Source: Camelus dromedarius (Eukaryota). From it: a stretch of DNA of 64,000 nt. The position numbers and the translations under genes are program-made. Shown here piece after piece: positions 1-13,070 of the stretch. The stretch spans positions 104,782,001-104,846,000 of the forward strand of contig NC_087437.1 in NCBI RefSeq assembly GCF_036321535.1. Reading direction: 5' to 3'. The notes beneath the pieces were generated by a model. The model was not told the DNA's origin, did no database searches, and saw nothing but the letters and a program-made list of their open reading frames with translations. Positions within the stretch are counted from its first letter, which is position 1; every line of letters begins with the position of its first letter.

Positions 1-410
1 TTGTTACAATGTGTGCAGTAGACTTCTAGAGTAGAGTTTCAAAAACGTCCTGTTCTGATCAAAGGGGTGATTCTTTTTATTGGATAAAGAATCTTCTCCT
101 CTTCATTTTTTTTTTTTTTTGCCCAAACAGCTCATTTGAGTTTAATTTCTACTACTGTGTTTTCTCTATGTAGATATGCACGTAGATATTCCCAGAGACT
201 GACTCTAGAAATTTGGTAATGTTGATTACACCGCGAAGTTTAAGTGATTTAATTCTACCTACAATACCTATTTTTCCCTACCTAGCCATGGAAACAGAAA
301 GTATATTCAGCTTACGTTTGACATATGACCCTTACTTGTTTCAAAGAAAAGAGGTTGAATATGATTTAGTCTCTGTTTTTCCAAAGGTGTCACTTTTTAT
401 GGGTAACCCC

Positions 411-882
411 TGAGGGGGTGCAGAATACACCATCTCAAAATGTCCCACTTTGACATGTGGATTTTTGTGAGCTGAAGGCAGTTGAGACCCAGCAGACTTA
501 GAAAGGCCTTTCTCTCTCCCTTAACTACCTAAAATAACTTAGATAGGGGGTGAGTAAAGCTATTACCAGATAGTTTTTTATATCAGAAAGACAACTACAT
601 AGTGTGGCAAACATTTGTACCAAGCACGTGCTCTTATCTTCCTGTGAATTACCTTCCTCCCTTTAAAGCCTCAGACCCCTACTTCCCTTCCCCTTGGCTT
701 AGGATAGTGTATAAGCTTCAATTAGCAGGCTGTCTGGAAGTCTTACATTGTCTGTGGGGTTGTCATACGTATGGAATTAAATGCATTTTTCTCCTGTTAA
801 TCTACCTTACATCAATTTAATTATGAGACCAACCAAGGAACCTAGAAGGGAAGAAGGGACAAGTTTTGCAGCTTCCACCACA
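411..882 (+). mobile_element. ERV1-class solo LTR, MER34/MER39-like
   Basis: TG...CA ends. Start tgagggggtgcagaatacaccatctcaaaatgtcccactttgacatgtggatttttgtgagctgaaggca and end gaacctagaagggaagaaggg...ccaccaca resemble recalled MER34-family termini. TATA-like gtataag near 709 and attaaa near 776. Confidence 0.75.
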
Positions 883-1065
883 TAGAACCTTCCAATTCTA
901 CCTTAGCTGATCATTTCTTCGATTTGCATATGTGTACTTTTATTGTCTCATTTTCAGATTTCTAGACTTTTGCAATGCCTTTTTTTTTGTTCTTTTTCTA
1001 TTTCTTAAAGTGGATCACAAGGGTGACATATAACTAATTATGAGTGGTATTCCGAGTACCGTGTC

Positions 1066-1500
1066 TGTAATGTCAAAGCTCTCCTGCCGGAAACCACCCG
1101 GAACACACCTGCAGCTGAACAAATCCGGTGGTTTATTGCTCATTGTAACAATGGGACTGCACACAGTGTGGAACCTGGGGGTGGTAGTTCACTAACAGCA
1201 TGTTACAAAAGACTCAAACTGGAGTTGCACTCTAGTTAGGTGATTTGGGGAGATTTTCAGGGAGAATAATTTTGCCGTGTATTGCATAGTGGCAAAAGCT
1301 GGGGAGCATCCTATGACAGGTTATTTCAATTAATCATAGCTAGAAGGAGAGGGGATGAGAGCAAAGCTAAAACTGTGACTGGTAAAGAAGCAGCCAGAGA
1401 GGGAGAGGCTTGGGGCATTTTTGTTGTTGGAACAATGGTTCAATTCTTGTGTTCAGACGAGATTATGACATAGTCTTGTTTTTGTCTTGTTTGATATAGT
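1066..1500 (-). mobile_element. ERV1-class LTR fragment (MER110/MER90-like, name uncertain)
   Basis: gctctcctgccggaaaccacccggaacacacctgcagctgaacaaa...tttattg reads as an antisense LTR 3' end with a poly(A) signal; right boundary approximate. Confidence 0.55.
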
Positions 1501-1868
1501 TTGATCCTTTCCAGTCTGGCTTTTAAAATGGGCCAGTCAGGACAGGACCGAAATCCAGGATTAATTATGCTGTACTGCTGAGGTGAGACCCTTCTTATAT
1601 ACTCCAGTTTCCCATTAATCTTAAGGTTTTTCTGACATGCTGATGGCAGAAATCGATGTTCTCAGATGCGGGTAACCTCCAAGCACCAGTCCTTCTAATA
1701 CTTGTGTGTAGTTCTTTCAGTGACTTCAGGTAACTCTCTTTTGAGATCACTGCCTTTCCTGTCTAATGTCTAATGTCTTAAAAACCATTGTCAGTTTTTT
1801 TTGGTTATTTCAAGTGTGACAGTAATTTCAGTCTCTGTTACTCTATCTTGACAGGATACAGATGTTAG
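1501..1868 (-). mobile_element. Old L1 (L1MC/MD-like) 5' region fragment
   Basis: Ends in cagtctctgttactctatcttgacagga, resembling the antisense 5' terminus of old L1M elements. Confidence 0.5.
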
Positions 1869-2599
1869 AGGAACAATCAGGGGTATTCTTCAATGCTATG
1901 TGTTCAACAGTCAATTTCAAAAGTTTCAAAATTTTTCCTATAAAAATGTCCATTTCACTCACTTAAATTTTCTTATCCTTTCATGATTATGGTGAGGTTG
2001 GAGAGAAACTGCAGGCAAATCCAAACTGAAATTTATTTCCATCTTTCTCTGTGACTCTTCATCCTACCAAATAGATTTAAAACTCACTTCCATCTGAATG
2101 GTTTGCAAATTTAATTTACTATAATTATTACTTAACTCCTTTGTCTGTCTGTGTTTGTCTTTTAATATATTCATTCCCATGTTGGGTATTTTTATATTAA
2201 AATTCCTATTAGTATAATATTTTTCCAATAGCTTCTGTACCAAAATGATTTTCTATGCATTTATCACAAAATTGTGTAAGCATTATTAAAATCATTGACC
2301 TAACCAAAGTAATTTTCTTCAAATAATTCAAAACATGCTGAATCTGATATTGACTTCTCCAATTCCTCTACTGAAGAAAACTTAGGTGATCTACAGCTCT
2401 TTATTTCTGTGTTGAGACATCAGAACATAATTGGAAACAAATGAGAAAATAATTAATAGTCAATACATTAACTTTCTAGACTGTTTTTTTCCTCTTTATC
2501 ATTAATTAGGTTCTGTCCTTCCAATTAGCAATCTTAGAATATTTTATCAAAAAGAATGATTTGATGGGTGATTTAAAGAAGATTCAAGAAAGAAATGAT

Positions 2600-2637
2600 A
2601 TCTGATACCTGAGTTGATAATCTGATACCTGAGTTGA
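2600..2637. repeat. Short tandem duplication, period 20
   Basis: atctgatacctgagttga occurs at 2600 and 2620. Confidence 0.9.
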
Positions 2638-2799
2638 ACATATTATAATATTTATGTGTAACGCATACCAATTATTTCATTAGTTTCTACTGAATGGAAA
2701 AATTAGTAAGTGAATAACATTTTTGTGGGGACTGGGTGGGTATGTTTGTATGCCTTAATACTTATTGCTTTAATATTTACCTAAAATCTTGTCTTCCTA

Positions 2800-3252
2800 G
2801 GAAAAGCTCAACTCAATGTCATGAGACTATAGTGAAGCTGTCCAGCAGGCAGCTCTGTCAGAACTGCTGGCCATCTCCATTCCCCTGGAGACAGCCCTTA
2901 ATCTAATCATGAGCACATAATGAAACCTGGGTCAACCACAGTATGCAAAGATAGCAGGAGGTGGGGAGACTTCATGGTTCTCATTCCCTGGAATCATGTA
3001 GGCCAGCCTGTGTTGTCATCTCATTGACAAAGACTATCTGAGACAGACACCAAATCATCAAGAAGAACCATGAGAGGAAACAGTGTGACTAAGAAATAAC
3101 CCTGAACCCCTGGATCCATCTGTGCCTGAAAGAACTATCATTCCTTCAACTTCTAGCTACATAAGGCAAGAAAACACCTTTTTTTCCTTTAACCTAGTTT
3201 ATACTGGGTTACAGTCATTGCCGTGGCAACAACAATAAACAAATTCTAATAC
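2800..3252 (+). mobile_element. MaLR LTR (MLT1J/K-like) fragment
   Basis: cctggatccatctgtgcctgaa...ttttttcctttaacctagttt...ctaataca matches the MLT1 3' end pattern; left boundary approximate. Confidence 0.6.
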
Positions 3253-5169
3253 AATTATTTACTTCTCTATATGGGAAAATGCAGACATTCCTACTGGGAA
3301 TATTTTTTCCTCTAGTTAAGATCAAGTAGTTTGAGAGGATTTCTGGCATTTTTGGCAACTACAGACACATAATTTTATCATGAAATTTTCATGTGGGCTG
3401 ACTGTGAAAATAATTCTGACACTGAAAAAGGCAATTTTAAGGGGCTATTTTATTCACATATAATGTAGAACATATAATGTTGTAGACACTTTAAATAATT
3501 CAGGACTGATGAGATTTAATGATAAGCAATCAAATGAAAGTTCATATATCAAAAAATTTTAGTGGGGATTTATAGCTTAATAAATACTTATTTCTGATGA
3601 CAACTTCAGTTTTCCTACCTGCATTTCTCAGTGAATACTTTTATTTTCAATTTCATGACAGTCAGTTTGAAAAAAACTCTTTTTATTATTTTCAACTGGT
3701 AAAAATATTTAGAAAATGATGACAGTAAAATACTGGCTCTCTAACATGATGCACTGAAAACTTTTCAGTTTGGTCATCAGTTATTTCAAAAAATCTTGCT
3801 GGCTTTGTGAGTAGGTGGGGGAAATTAAATGAGGACAGAGTGTGAGAGAAAGGTGTAGGAAGGTTCCCTCATAGCCTTCTGTCTACTTAGCCTCGTCTAG
3901 GTGGTCTAGATGATCTCATTTCTTATGCTCCATTTCCTGAGCTTGTAATTAAATGGGTTATGACTCCCAGTGGTCTTTGAATTTAATTACAAATGCCATA
4001 GCTTTGATAATTATTAAATGGAGAAATAAAGACTAACTACCACGGGCCTTGTCTCTACAGTATTTCCATCTTTCTTCATCACCACACATAAAAAGCTCAG
4101 GCAATTTTAACAAATTGTTTCTCCCACTCAATTTCAAGTTTCTCAGTTCTAAAACATTTAAGACAATATGCTTGTCTTTGCGAAGTCTCAGGAAATATTG
4201 TACCTATGTGCTATTTTGAGAAACATGCTAGCTGATCAGAAAATCTTCAGCAAGATGACTGATGGTGAACGTTGAATGTACTTATCTATATAGAGAATTA
4301 AAAATAAACGGAAGGATTGCAAAATAAAATGCAAATGCACATTTCTCAATTTCAGGAAAAAGAAAGAAGGTAGATGAGACTGTGAATTCCTTAATGCGCT
4401 GTTAGAGAAAATAAATTTTTAGATGGGGTTTTGAAACAAAAAAATAAAAAATAAAATAATAAAACAATATGCTTATATTTAAGGTAGAAACCTGTATCCA
4501 ATCATGAAATCTCTCACCTTCCTTAGAAGTACATCACAATAATAGGTAAGTACAAAGTGTGTAGTGATGTGGCTTCTTATTGGTGTGTTTTCTGATATGT
4601 TGAGACAAACGGTGGACGTGCTTAAGCTGTATGGCTCATGTTCTAATCAAGAAGGTTATTTATTCCTTTCTGCTAAGTTTCTACGAAATCAAATGCACTA
4701 GATAAATTGATAAATGTAAATTAAAATAAAATTGTGCAGCTTCCTGACCTATTCTGTTCTAAAAATCTTTTGGCCGTTGCATAGGATGATGTTGTCCTTT
4801 TTAGATGAAGTGCTTTGGACAGCATAATAAAAGGTGACCTAAGAGTAAGAACCTTCTAGTGCTCATGTTTTTATTATTCTAAATAATTCTAGCTTTTCAA
4901 GAAAACAATGGAAAATAATTTAATAAACACCAAGTATCTAGCACCATCCCTAATTTTAGCTTATAAGCTATTAAAAATTATTTTGTCAGTGTTGGTAAAG
5001 GCAGTCTCATGCACAGTCTTTTGACCGCCACGTGGCTGCTTAAAGGCAGACCTTGGGTTTGGGTTAAGGAATTACTGAGGGATAAAGAGCTCTGTGCTGG
5101 ACTTACCATCTTGTGTAGGAATATTTTTCACTGTTTCAAGCTCAATGAATATTCTTACATTCTACTTAA

Positions 5170-5531
5170 GTGTGTGATCGCATGTCACCATGCCAATCCA
5201 CTGCTATGTCTGTCCATCATGGAAGGGGACCCTATCCTTTCACTATAGCACCAGAGTGTTGCACATACATGAGCTGCCCTACCAGGAGAGACCTGCTAGG
5301 CACTGGTACCACTGCCCACTACCGAAGCGTCTCTGTAAGTAAAGTGTTGTTCTATCCAGCTTGATGGTATTGTGTTTTTCTTGTCAATGATACCAGGATG
5401 CAATGAGCAGAAGTGTTTGACTTCTACTTCTGGTGGTTGGCATAGTGATGATCTCTGCCTGATTTCCTATCCTCCATGCAGTTGGCGTTCTTCTCTGGGA
5501 CTGATAACAGGTATACAATGTTCTGCCCCAC
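5170..5531 (+). mobile_element. ERVL-class LTR fragment (MER74/MER54-like)
   Basis: gcagaagtgtttgacttctacttctggtggttggcatagtgatgatct...ctatcctccatgcagt resembles that family's 3' portion; agtaaa poly(A)-like signal near 5338. Confidence 0.55.
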
Positions 5532-6659
5532 AGTTTTGTCTTTTTTTTTTTCCTCTAATGATTTGGTCTACAGATTCTCCTAAAAAGAGCTCAGTTATTT
5601 GGAGTATATTTGCAGTTACTCTGTGGACCAGACAACATGCTAGTAGTGATAACACCATTGAACAAGAAATACAATCTCTGCTCTCCAGATGACTGCATTC
5701 TTTTTGGAAGATAGACAGAAAGCAAATAATTATAATTTGTTAAACAGAACCTCTTGTGCTGCAAGTTTGGTAGGGTCATCTCCTGCCTTTTCCACAAGTG
5801 TAATCCTTCAGCTTTGATAAGCAGGTAGGCCTAAATTCAGTGACCTGAGACTCCAGATATTTTGAAGCACAGATCACATATTTGCAGTTTCATTTCTTAA
5901 ATATTTTTTAAAAATCTAAGCTAACAGGGCAATCTGTTGATAAATTCTGCATATTTTGAAATGCCACGAGTATTGTCCAATTTACATATGTTTATATTAT
6001 TGAATGGTAGTTTTAGTAGTAAAATCTCTTACAGGATTTACTGATTAGACCCATTCCTATAAATGAGTGCTTAAACCATAAAAAACTGTGGCAATACTAA
6101 TGGCATTTCTAAAAGATTAGCCCTGATTCATGTGTGCAGTGGTCATGCTTGAAGAGGGGGAGGCTTTTCTCATGAGTTAAAACACCTGAGCACTTGTCAT
6201 GTTATCTACTACTGGGGGTTTGTCTATATCCAGGCTCTATTTTCCCATACCTTTAGGCAGTTTCTTGTGTCTACTCAATGAACGAATGGATTTGTTATTA
6301 AAAAAATTTGTATTGAATCAGTTATACTATATCAACTATATTTTTACAATGTAGGATTATATCATATCAATGGTTTTTATATTAAAATCTGTGCTGAAAT
6401 TGGCATTCTCATTTCTAAACACCACGTTTCTGGCACAAATTAACAGTAGCAATATCCCCTTTCAACAGTCAACTCCGTTAATGATGAACGGAGGTAGAAA
6501 ATAAAGGCTGGCTTAGTTCATAGAATTGTAGAGTGTATTAACACGGTGTCTGGACATCATATATTCTGGGTGATACATATCCTCATCCTATTCCACAATG
6601 GATTTTCTGAACAGGATTTTTAAAGTCAAAGAGAGGAAAAATGACCTTTAAATATTTTT

Positions 6660-6780
6660 AGTTCTGTAAACTGTGCACTGTATGATTGTTGACTATGGGT
6701 AAAATTTTGTGCAGAATATCTCTATAGCTTATTCATCCCTTGACTGAAACACTATGTCTCTTGATTAATAACTTCCCAGG
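6660..6780 (-). mobile_element. L1MA/MB 3' UTR fragment
   Basis: atctctatagcttattcatcccttgactgaaacactatgtctcttgattaataacttccca resembles an antisense L1 3' UTR. Confidence 0.55.
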
Positions 6781-7450
6781 GACAGCCTTTTAAATCACTA
6801 CCCCCTTCAAACAGTTTACTTCAGGGAAATTGTGAAGGAAGAGACAATCTTGCAATTCGAATGTAATGAGCCAGATGTTGTTCTGTGTCACCTTTATTGA
6901 CTCTGTATGAGCTCCCAGTACTTTGTGGCTTCCTCCCCCAAATATCTGGGCTTGATTCACTTCTCAGACACCCAGTATGCACCAATCGGGCCAATAATCA
7001 GAATTACAGAGAATTTATATATGAATCAAGGGCAAAGTGAACAAGGGAGTGCAGGTTATCACTGGGATGCTTGTTTAAAGAATAAAAACTCTGAAAAACA
7101 GTCTTGACTGTACCAGTCCAGGAAATCTGACTTATCATTGACTGAAATCCTGCTTCACATAAACATTTTTCATTGTGTATGTACTTCCCATGGTACAAAA
7201 AAGTGTCTAATACAAAATAATTGTAATGATTATCATTCCTAGAATGAGTCACTTGAGAGGTCTGTAACATAGCTTGCAAAGGGTTGAAGTTCCAATTCCC
7301 TGATAAATTTTCTTTTAATAGTAGCTGATTCTCTACATTTGCCTGAGCTTGCTGGGCTTGAAGACTTAGGTGAACGTGTTCTCCCCTCTGGTAGATAAGC
7401 GATCAGCTTTACAGATTCCAGGATGGAAAAGCTTACTGCCACTTTCTCAC

Positions 7451-7506
7451 CTCCTTCGTAGCTGTTGATGTACTTCCTCTGGGCCTCCTGATGGTCTCGC
7501 ATGTGG
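7451..7506 (-). other. Candidate 56-nt exon (unverified)
   Basis: Minus strand tgtgcag|ccacatgcga...cgaaggag|gtgaga; weak polypyrimidine tract. Confidence 0.2.
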
Positions 7507-8594
7507 CTGCACATAAATTACATCATTTCTGAGTTATCACTTTCCTTCCATGTGTGGAATGTGTGGTTGAAAGAGGACTTGTATACTCTGAGGGCTGATG
7601 TGGCTCCTGCAACCCTATAATTATCTGATTTCATTTCTTAGTAGTTTTTCTTCTGGCTCTTTTTTCTAAAACCACATGGTGGGTTGGTGCAAAACTAGAA
7701 CAGAGTGATTTCTCTGAATGCTAAGCCACAGACCTCAACCATTCTGCCAAGTGGATTTTTTCAACACTCTTTATATCCAGAATGAACTGAAGTATTGTTT
7801 TTTTCTGGAATATCTGTTGTTATCCGTCACCTTGGCTTAATTAATTGTGTCACTTTATATACACAAACATGTTTTCAGTTTGTTTAATATACCTCTAACA
7901 TATTATTGATTAATGGGAATAATATATTGTTTTCTTAAAAAAAAAGCAGATATTCCATGTTACTTACCTATGCTTTATTGAATTTTGTCATGTTAACTTT
8001 TAGAGGAAATGTGGGCAAACACACACACACACACATCACACCATGAAGTTAATGCTTTAGCAATTTCAGATAAATTAGTTAGATTTCAAATGATGTGAGA
8101 TTTTTGAAGAAGTAAGGTTAAGTACAGGATGAATCTTGTTACTTAATACCTCATTCTCATCTCCTCAACCTTCCCTGGGAAAGAGTAGGTAGACTTATGG
8201 AGAATGGAGGGGCTCTATTTGAAGCAGGGAGAGAAAGAATCAGGGAGAGAATGGATGATGATAATAGGAAAAAAAAACCAGAATACAAATATATAACAGT
8301 TTTCACTAATTACAGGATATACTTAAGCAGGCAAACACATATTTGCCATATAGGTGATTCACTAATTTTTTCACTTATTCCTTAATTGGTCTAAAATATC
8401 ATCACACAGAAATGTGAAGAAAGACAGTGGACACAAACTAGACAAAGTTCATAAGACAGATGCTTCAGCATAGTTAAAGAATGTGTAAATCATGTTCTAG
8501 GCAAATAAAAGCTGTTCAGTTGAAGAAGAAAACAGATAAACTAGAGGGTCAATAAATATTTGGAAAGATTAGCAGGAAGTAGAGGGAGTGCACT

Positions 8595-8943
8595 GACCTT
8601 CTGCAGGTGTTTTACCCTTGCTATTTCCTCGTCCCTGAAATCTTCCTTCAAATCTATGTGACTCAGCCCCTCACTTCCTTCAGGTCTTTACTCAACTGTC
8701 ATCACCTCCGTAAGGCTTTCCATGGCAGCATGATCAAAATTACCTCTACACACATACACGCTCCTAATCACATAATATCCAATAACGTGTTGAATTTGTT
8801 TTCTGCATTGATTTTCTATCTTCCCTTATTAGATTACAAATTCCACAAGTAAAGGATTTAGTTTGTCTAATGTATTCACTGATGAATCCCCAGTATTTGA
8901 AACAGTATCCAATAATCAATAAATGAATAATAAATAAATGAAT
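8595..8943 (+). mobile_element. L2 (L2a-like) 3' end
   Basis: cccctcacttccttcaggtctttactcaactgtca...ttcactgatgaatccccagta...caataaatgaat has the typical L2 3' terminus. Confidence 0.75.
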
Positions 8944-9974
8944 TTGCTCTGCTTTGCCCAGAAGATTGAGCATAGATCTGAGGGAGAGGAGACTTAGCTC
9001 GTCACATAACAAAGCAATGAAAGTTCCTCCTTGTGATATATTAGAGTCTCAGATCATGAAGTTATCACTTCTAAGGTGACTTTATGATTATTTGACAGAG
9101 GTTTTCTTGAGAAGACTCAGAATCTGGTAGGAAGTTGATCTGCTTCTTTTTAGAATAAAGACTAGAAATCAAAGAATGAGAGAAAAACAAATCAAAGTGC
9201 TGAACAACGAAAAATAAGTCAATAGTTTATTTTTAAAAGGCTCTCTCTTAAACCCTTGGAAATGTGTTAATTTGGTTTTGCTGCTTTACAAGTAACTCTG
9301 AAAAACTCATTTTTCCAATATTTGAAAGTAAAGATTGAATCAAGAGAGAAGGACAGAGAACCTTCCTAACGTCTAACAACAATATAGGAGGAAGGAACGC
9401 AGGGTAGCTAATCTGCATTTTTGACTAGTCAGATGCAGTTTTGAACACAGGCATCTCTGTCTTAAAAAAAAAAAAAACAACTTCTTTCATATGAGACTTT
9501 ATTTTTTAGCCCTTTTTATTATACTAAATCATCTTTACTTTGTTATTTATATTTGCTTTATAATCTTACTGACTCAGTGAAAGAGTTCAAAAAAATAAAA
9601 TAGGCTTAGCACAACAATGCAACTTGAATCAGCAAAGCAATGAATGTGTTGTTCTGTCAAATCCCATTGCCACAATAGCTCTGTCAATTTATTTGAAAAA
9701 TGCATAACCCTGGAGTCTCGGCACCACTCAACAGTCAAGGAGAACAAAATGTGTACAGTGAGATACAAATCTTCTATACCATTAGTTCAATATATTTCTG
9801 CATAGCAGCTTTTCAAAAATTGGAAGCATATTTTGGCAGCATGCTGTTTCAGAACAACAAGAAGATCTGAGAGATGTATGCTGAACCCTGTCAGTGCTCA
9901 GAAACACTATTTTTAGTTTCTTTTCCATAGAACTGTTGCCTGTTTGGCTTAGCTCTTTTTCTCTGTTATTTCAG

Positions 9975-10052
9975 GACGATAACATTAATGTGGTATCCCC
10001 AGGCAGACAGTTTACCGAGTACGTGTGTGTGACTTACAGAACCATGAACAGG
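9975..10052 (+). other. Candidate 78-nt exon (unverified)
   Basis: ctctttttctctgttatttcag|gacgat...gaacagg|gtaaga; frame 0 open (DDNINVVSPGRQFTEYVCVTYRTMNR). Confidence 0.3.
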
Positions 10053-10399
10053 GTAAGAAAATCAGTCCTTAATTAATAATTTGCTGACTGATTATAAAAG
10101 GGCAGGCTCTATACCTTACAAGGTTGCAGGAAAAAGGAAAAAAACAAAACAACTGAAAAATAGTATTACCTTGACTATCATCTTTAGAGCACAAAATAAG
10201 AATTGTTTGTATTTTGCTCTTTTGAGCCAAGAAGGGGTCTGCAAATGAGTGGCGGTGAGTTGTTTAAAATTCAACTAAGTAAAATAAGAATTTTAAGTAC
10301 ATCATTCTCACTTGACATTCTATTGAGAAATATTGTTAGAAAAAATGCAATGATTATGTTTTAATAAAATATACTTGTATAATAATGGTATGTCAGTTG

Positions 10400-10570
10400 G
10401 ATACTGTTTATTTTCAGAAATTGTGCTAGTTATTTATAAGCATTCATTCTAATCCTCACATTAATTTATTTTAATTTTTGTTACCTTTTTCTGATGAGGA
10501 AACTGACACTCAAAGAAAATTAGAAGTCACATAACTAAACAGGAACTAAATCTGTTTGACTTCAATAGAT
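10400..10570 (-). mobile_element. MIR fragment
   Basis: aatcctcaca...tctgatgaggaaactgacactc is an antisense MIR core. Confidence 0.6.
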
Positions 10571-12367
10571 GTTTTTATATTGGTAGAAGTAGCTACTGAT
10601 GGTATGACCAAGTTGCATTGGAATGGATATAAAAAAAAAAAAAAGAGAAAACATCAGAAAGCTAAAGAAACAAACACACTCTCACACACATCAAATAATA
10701 GTTATAATGGGAATTGAGATTTAAACATGATGTTTAGCATCTCAAGGGAAGATAAAGGTAGAAGTACTTACAAGAAAAATACATTTATGATGAATTCTCA
10801 GTATAAAGTTCTCAAGTTTGAGTTAATATTGAGCTGTCAAATATGTGATATTAAATATAAGGCGAGGCTGCTAATTTTGCTGAACATGTGTTTTTTTTTA
10901 AATGCCAAACCTACCAATGAATAAGCAGGTTCATCGGTGATACAGTGAAATAGCCTAAAATTCCAACTAGTTAATTTTGAGATATGCCTATTTATTTGAA
11001 ATATAAATATATTTGGAACAGCCTCATGAACATGATTGAGCCTTCCATCCATTCAATTTGCAATGAAGGTAAATGTAAGAATTTTTTTACTGTCTCATCT
11101 GAGAAGCATGCTGGAACCTCATTCACGTAACAATGAAGAGATGTGATTTATTCGGGAGTAAGTAGGAGCAGATTTAAAGAGAAATTCATGCAAGTATACG
11201 ATATGTTCCTCCAGCGAACAGAGGTTGCATGGTGTGTGCCAACTCTGTCTAATCCTTTCCTGACTGGAGGAATGGCAGGAGGACTCCCAGAGGTGAAGGC
11301 AAGCATCACGCAGGAGAGGGGACGCTGTCATGAGGAGAGGGGATCTTTGGTTCATTTAGTGTATGGACAAGAGAGAGAAGACCTTAGAAATCCCTTCAGA
11401 GAAATGAAACTGATGAGATCTAGCAGGTTATCACAGATCCAAGCAAGGGATCTGGGTCACAGAAAAGAAGTTAAAGTAGTAGCGGAAAGCTGAAATGTAC
11501 ATCAGCAACCGAGGTGATGTTTCTCTTATCAGGACGGAGCTGTGAATTACAGGTAACAGACTAAAGTTCAGTGATTATATCAGTTCCCAGCGCCACTCAT
11601 AGGCATAGAATAATGGAATTTGGATTCTTAGATAAACTCTAGGGTCAGCTGGAGTTTCTAATAATCTGTCTGAACAGTGACGATCTGCTGTGGAAATTGA
11701 AATACCTGTTGAAAGTCTCCATCCTCGTGCAGAGGACATTCTGAAGCATTATAAACACTCTTAATGGAAAACAAAGATCAAATGTTATCCAAAAGACTCA
11801 AGAAATTCAGATACATTCCCTCAGAGAGTTGGGAACTTAACTACTTCAGGGGAAGGACATCTTAAAAAGACAATGCTATCTTGTATACCATGGAAGAGGT
11901 TCCCACAGCTAGACTCCACTGTTTGGTGTCTTTGGTAATGCCCAATCAAAAAGGCCAGTCATCCAGAAGAAGATGAAATTGAAGCAAATTTATTTATTCT
12001 TAATGAGTGCAGACCACTTCTAGTAAATATATTTTACTTAAATCAATTTATTTACTTAGCAAAGGTTTATTGAACATCTAATATATACTAGAATCTGGAC
12101 AAGTGTATGGAGTAAAAATAAATAAAACCTAGTCAATGTTCTGAAAAGTTAGAACCATTCTATTATGAGATTAATGAGTAGAATTTCTCTTTGTCAGAGA
12201 AGGAAGCTAATAGTAAAATTATGGTTCCTTGTTCGGATATTGTAGACTTGTCTACAATTTTGAATTGTATTTTTTTCATAAAAATATGAATCAGCAAAAG
12301 TATTTACCTTAAATGGTACATAAACTCCAGGCAGCTTTGTTAAGGCTTAAAGGCTATGGCATTAATA

Positions 12368-12627
12368 ATCATAGCAACATTATTTGTCATAGCCAAAAAG
12401 TGTAAATAATCCAAATATTCATCTACTGATGAATGGATAAATAAAATATGGTATATCCATACAATGGAATATTGTTCATCAATAAAAAGGAGTCAAGTAC
12501 TAACACATTCTACAATATGGATGAACCTTGATAACATTATGCCAAGTAAAAGAAAACAGTAATAAAAAAAGACCACATACTATGTGATACCACTTATATG
12601 TAATTACAAATAAGCAAAGTTATAGAG
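12368..12627 (+). mobile_element. Old L1MB-like 3' region, left part of interrupted host element
   Basis: atagccaaaaagtg...gatgaatggataaataaaatatggtatatccatacaatggaatat...ggatgaaccttgataacattatg. Confidence 0.8.
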
Positions 12628-13035
12628 TATAGCAAAGTGAGTCAATTAAACATATACATATACATATTATTTTTCATATTTTTCCATTATAGATTATTAC
12701 AAGATATTTAATATTCTGTACTATACAGTAGATCCTTGTTGCTTATCGGTTTTATATATAGTAGCTAGTATCTGCGAATCTCAAACTCCCAATTTATCCC
12801 TTTCCATCCCCTTTCCCCCTCGTAACTGTAAGTTTGTTTTCTACGTCTGTGAGTCAGTTTCTGGTTTATAAATAAGTTCATTTGTGTCATTATTTTAGAT
12901 TCCACATGTAAGAGATATCATGTGATATTTGTCTTTCTGTCTGACTTACTTCACTTAATATGATAATCTCTAGGTCCATCCATAATACTACAAATGGCAT
13001 TATTTCATTCTTTTTTATATAGCTGAGTAATATTC

Positions 13036-13070
<35 letters not shown>

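Noticed and set aside
11100..11500. 116-aa ORF in a purine-rich, GC-elevated patch
   Set aside because: Probably an old LTR fragment I cannot name; no domain or splice support, so it is not called as a feature.
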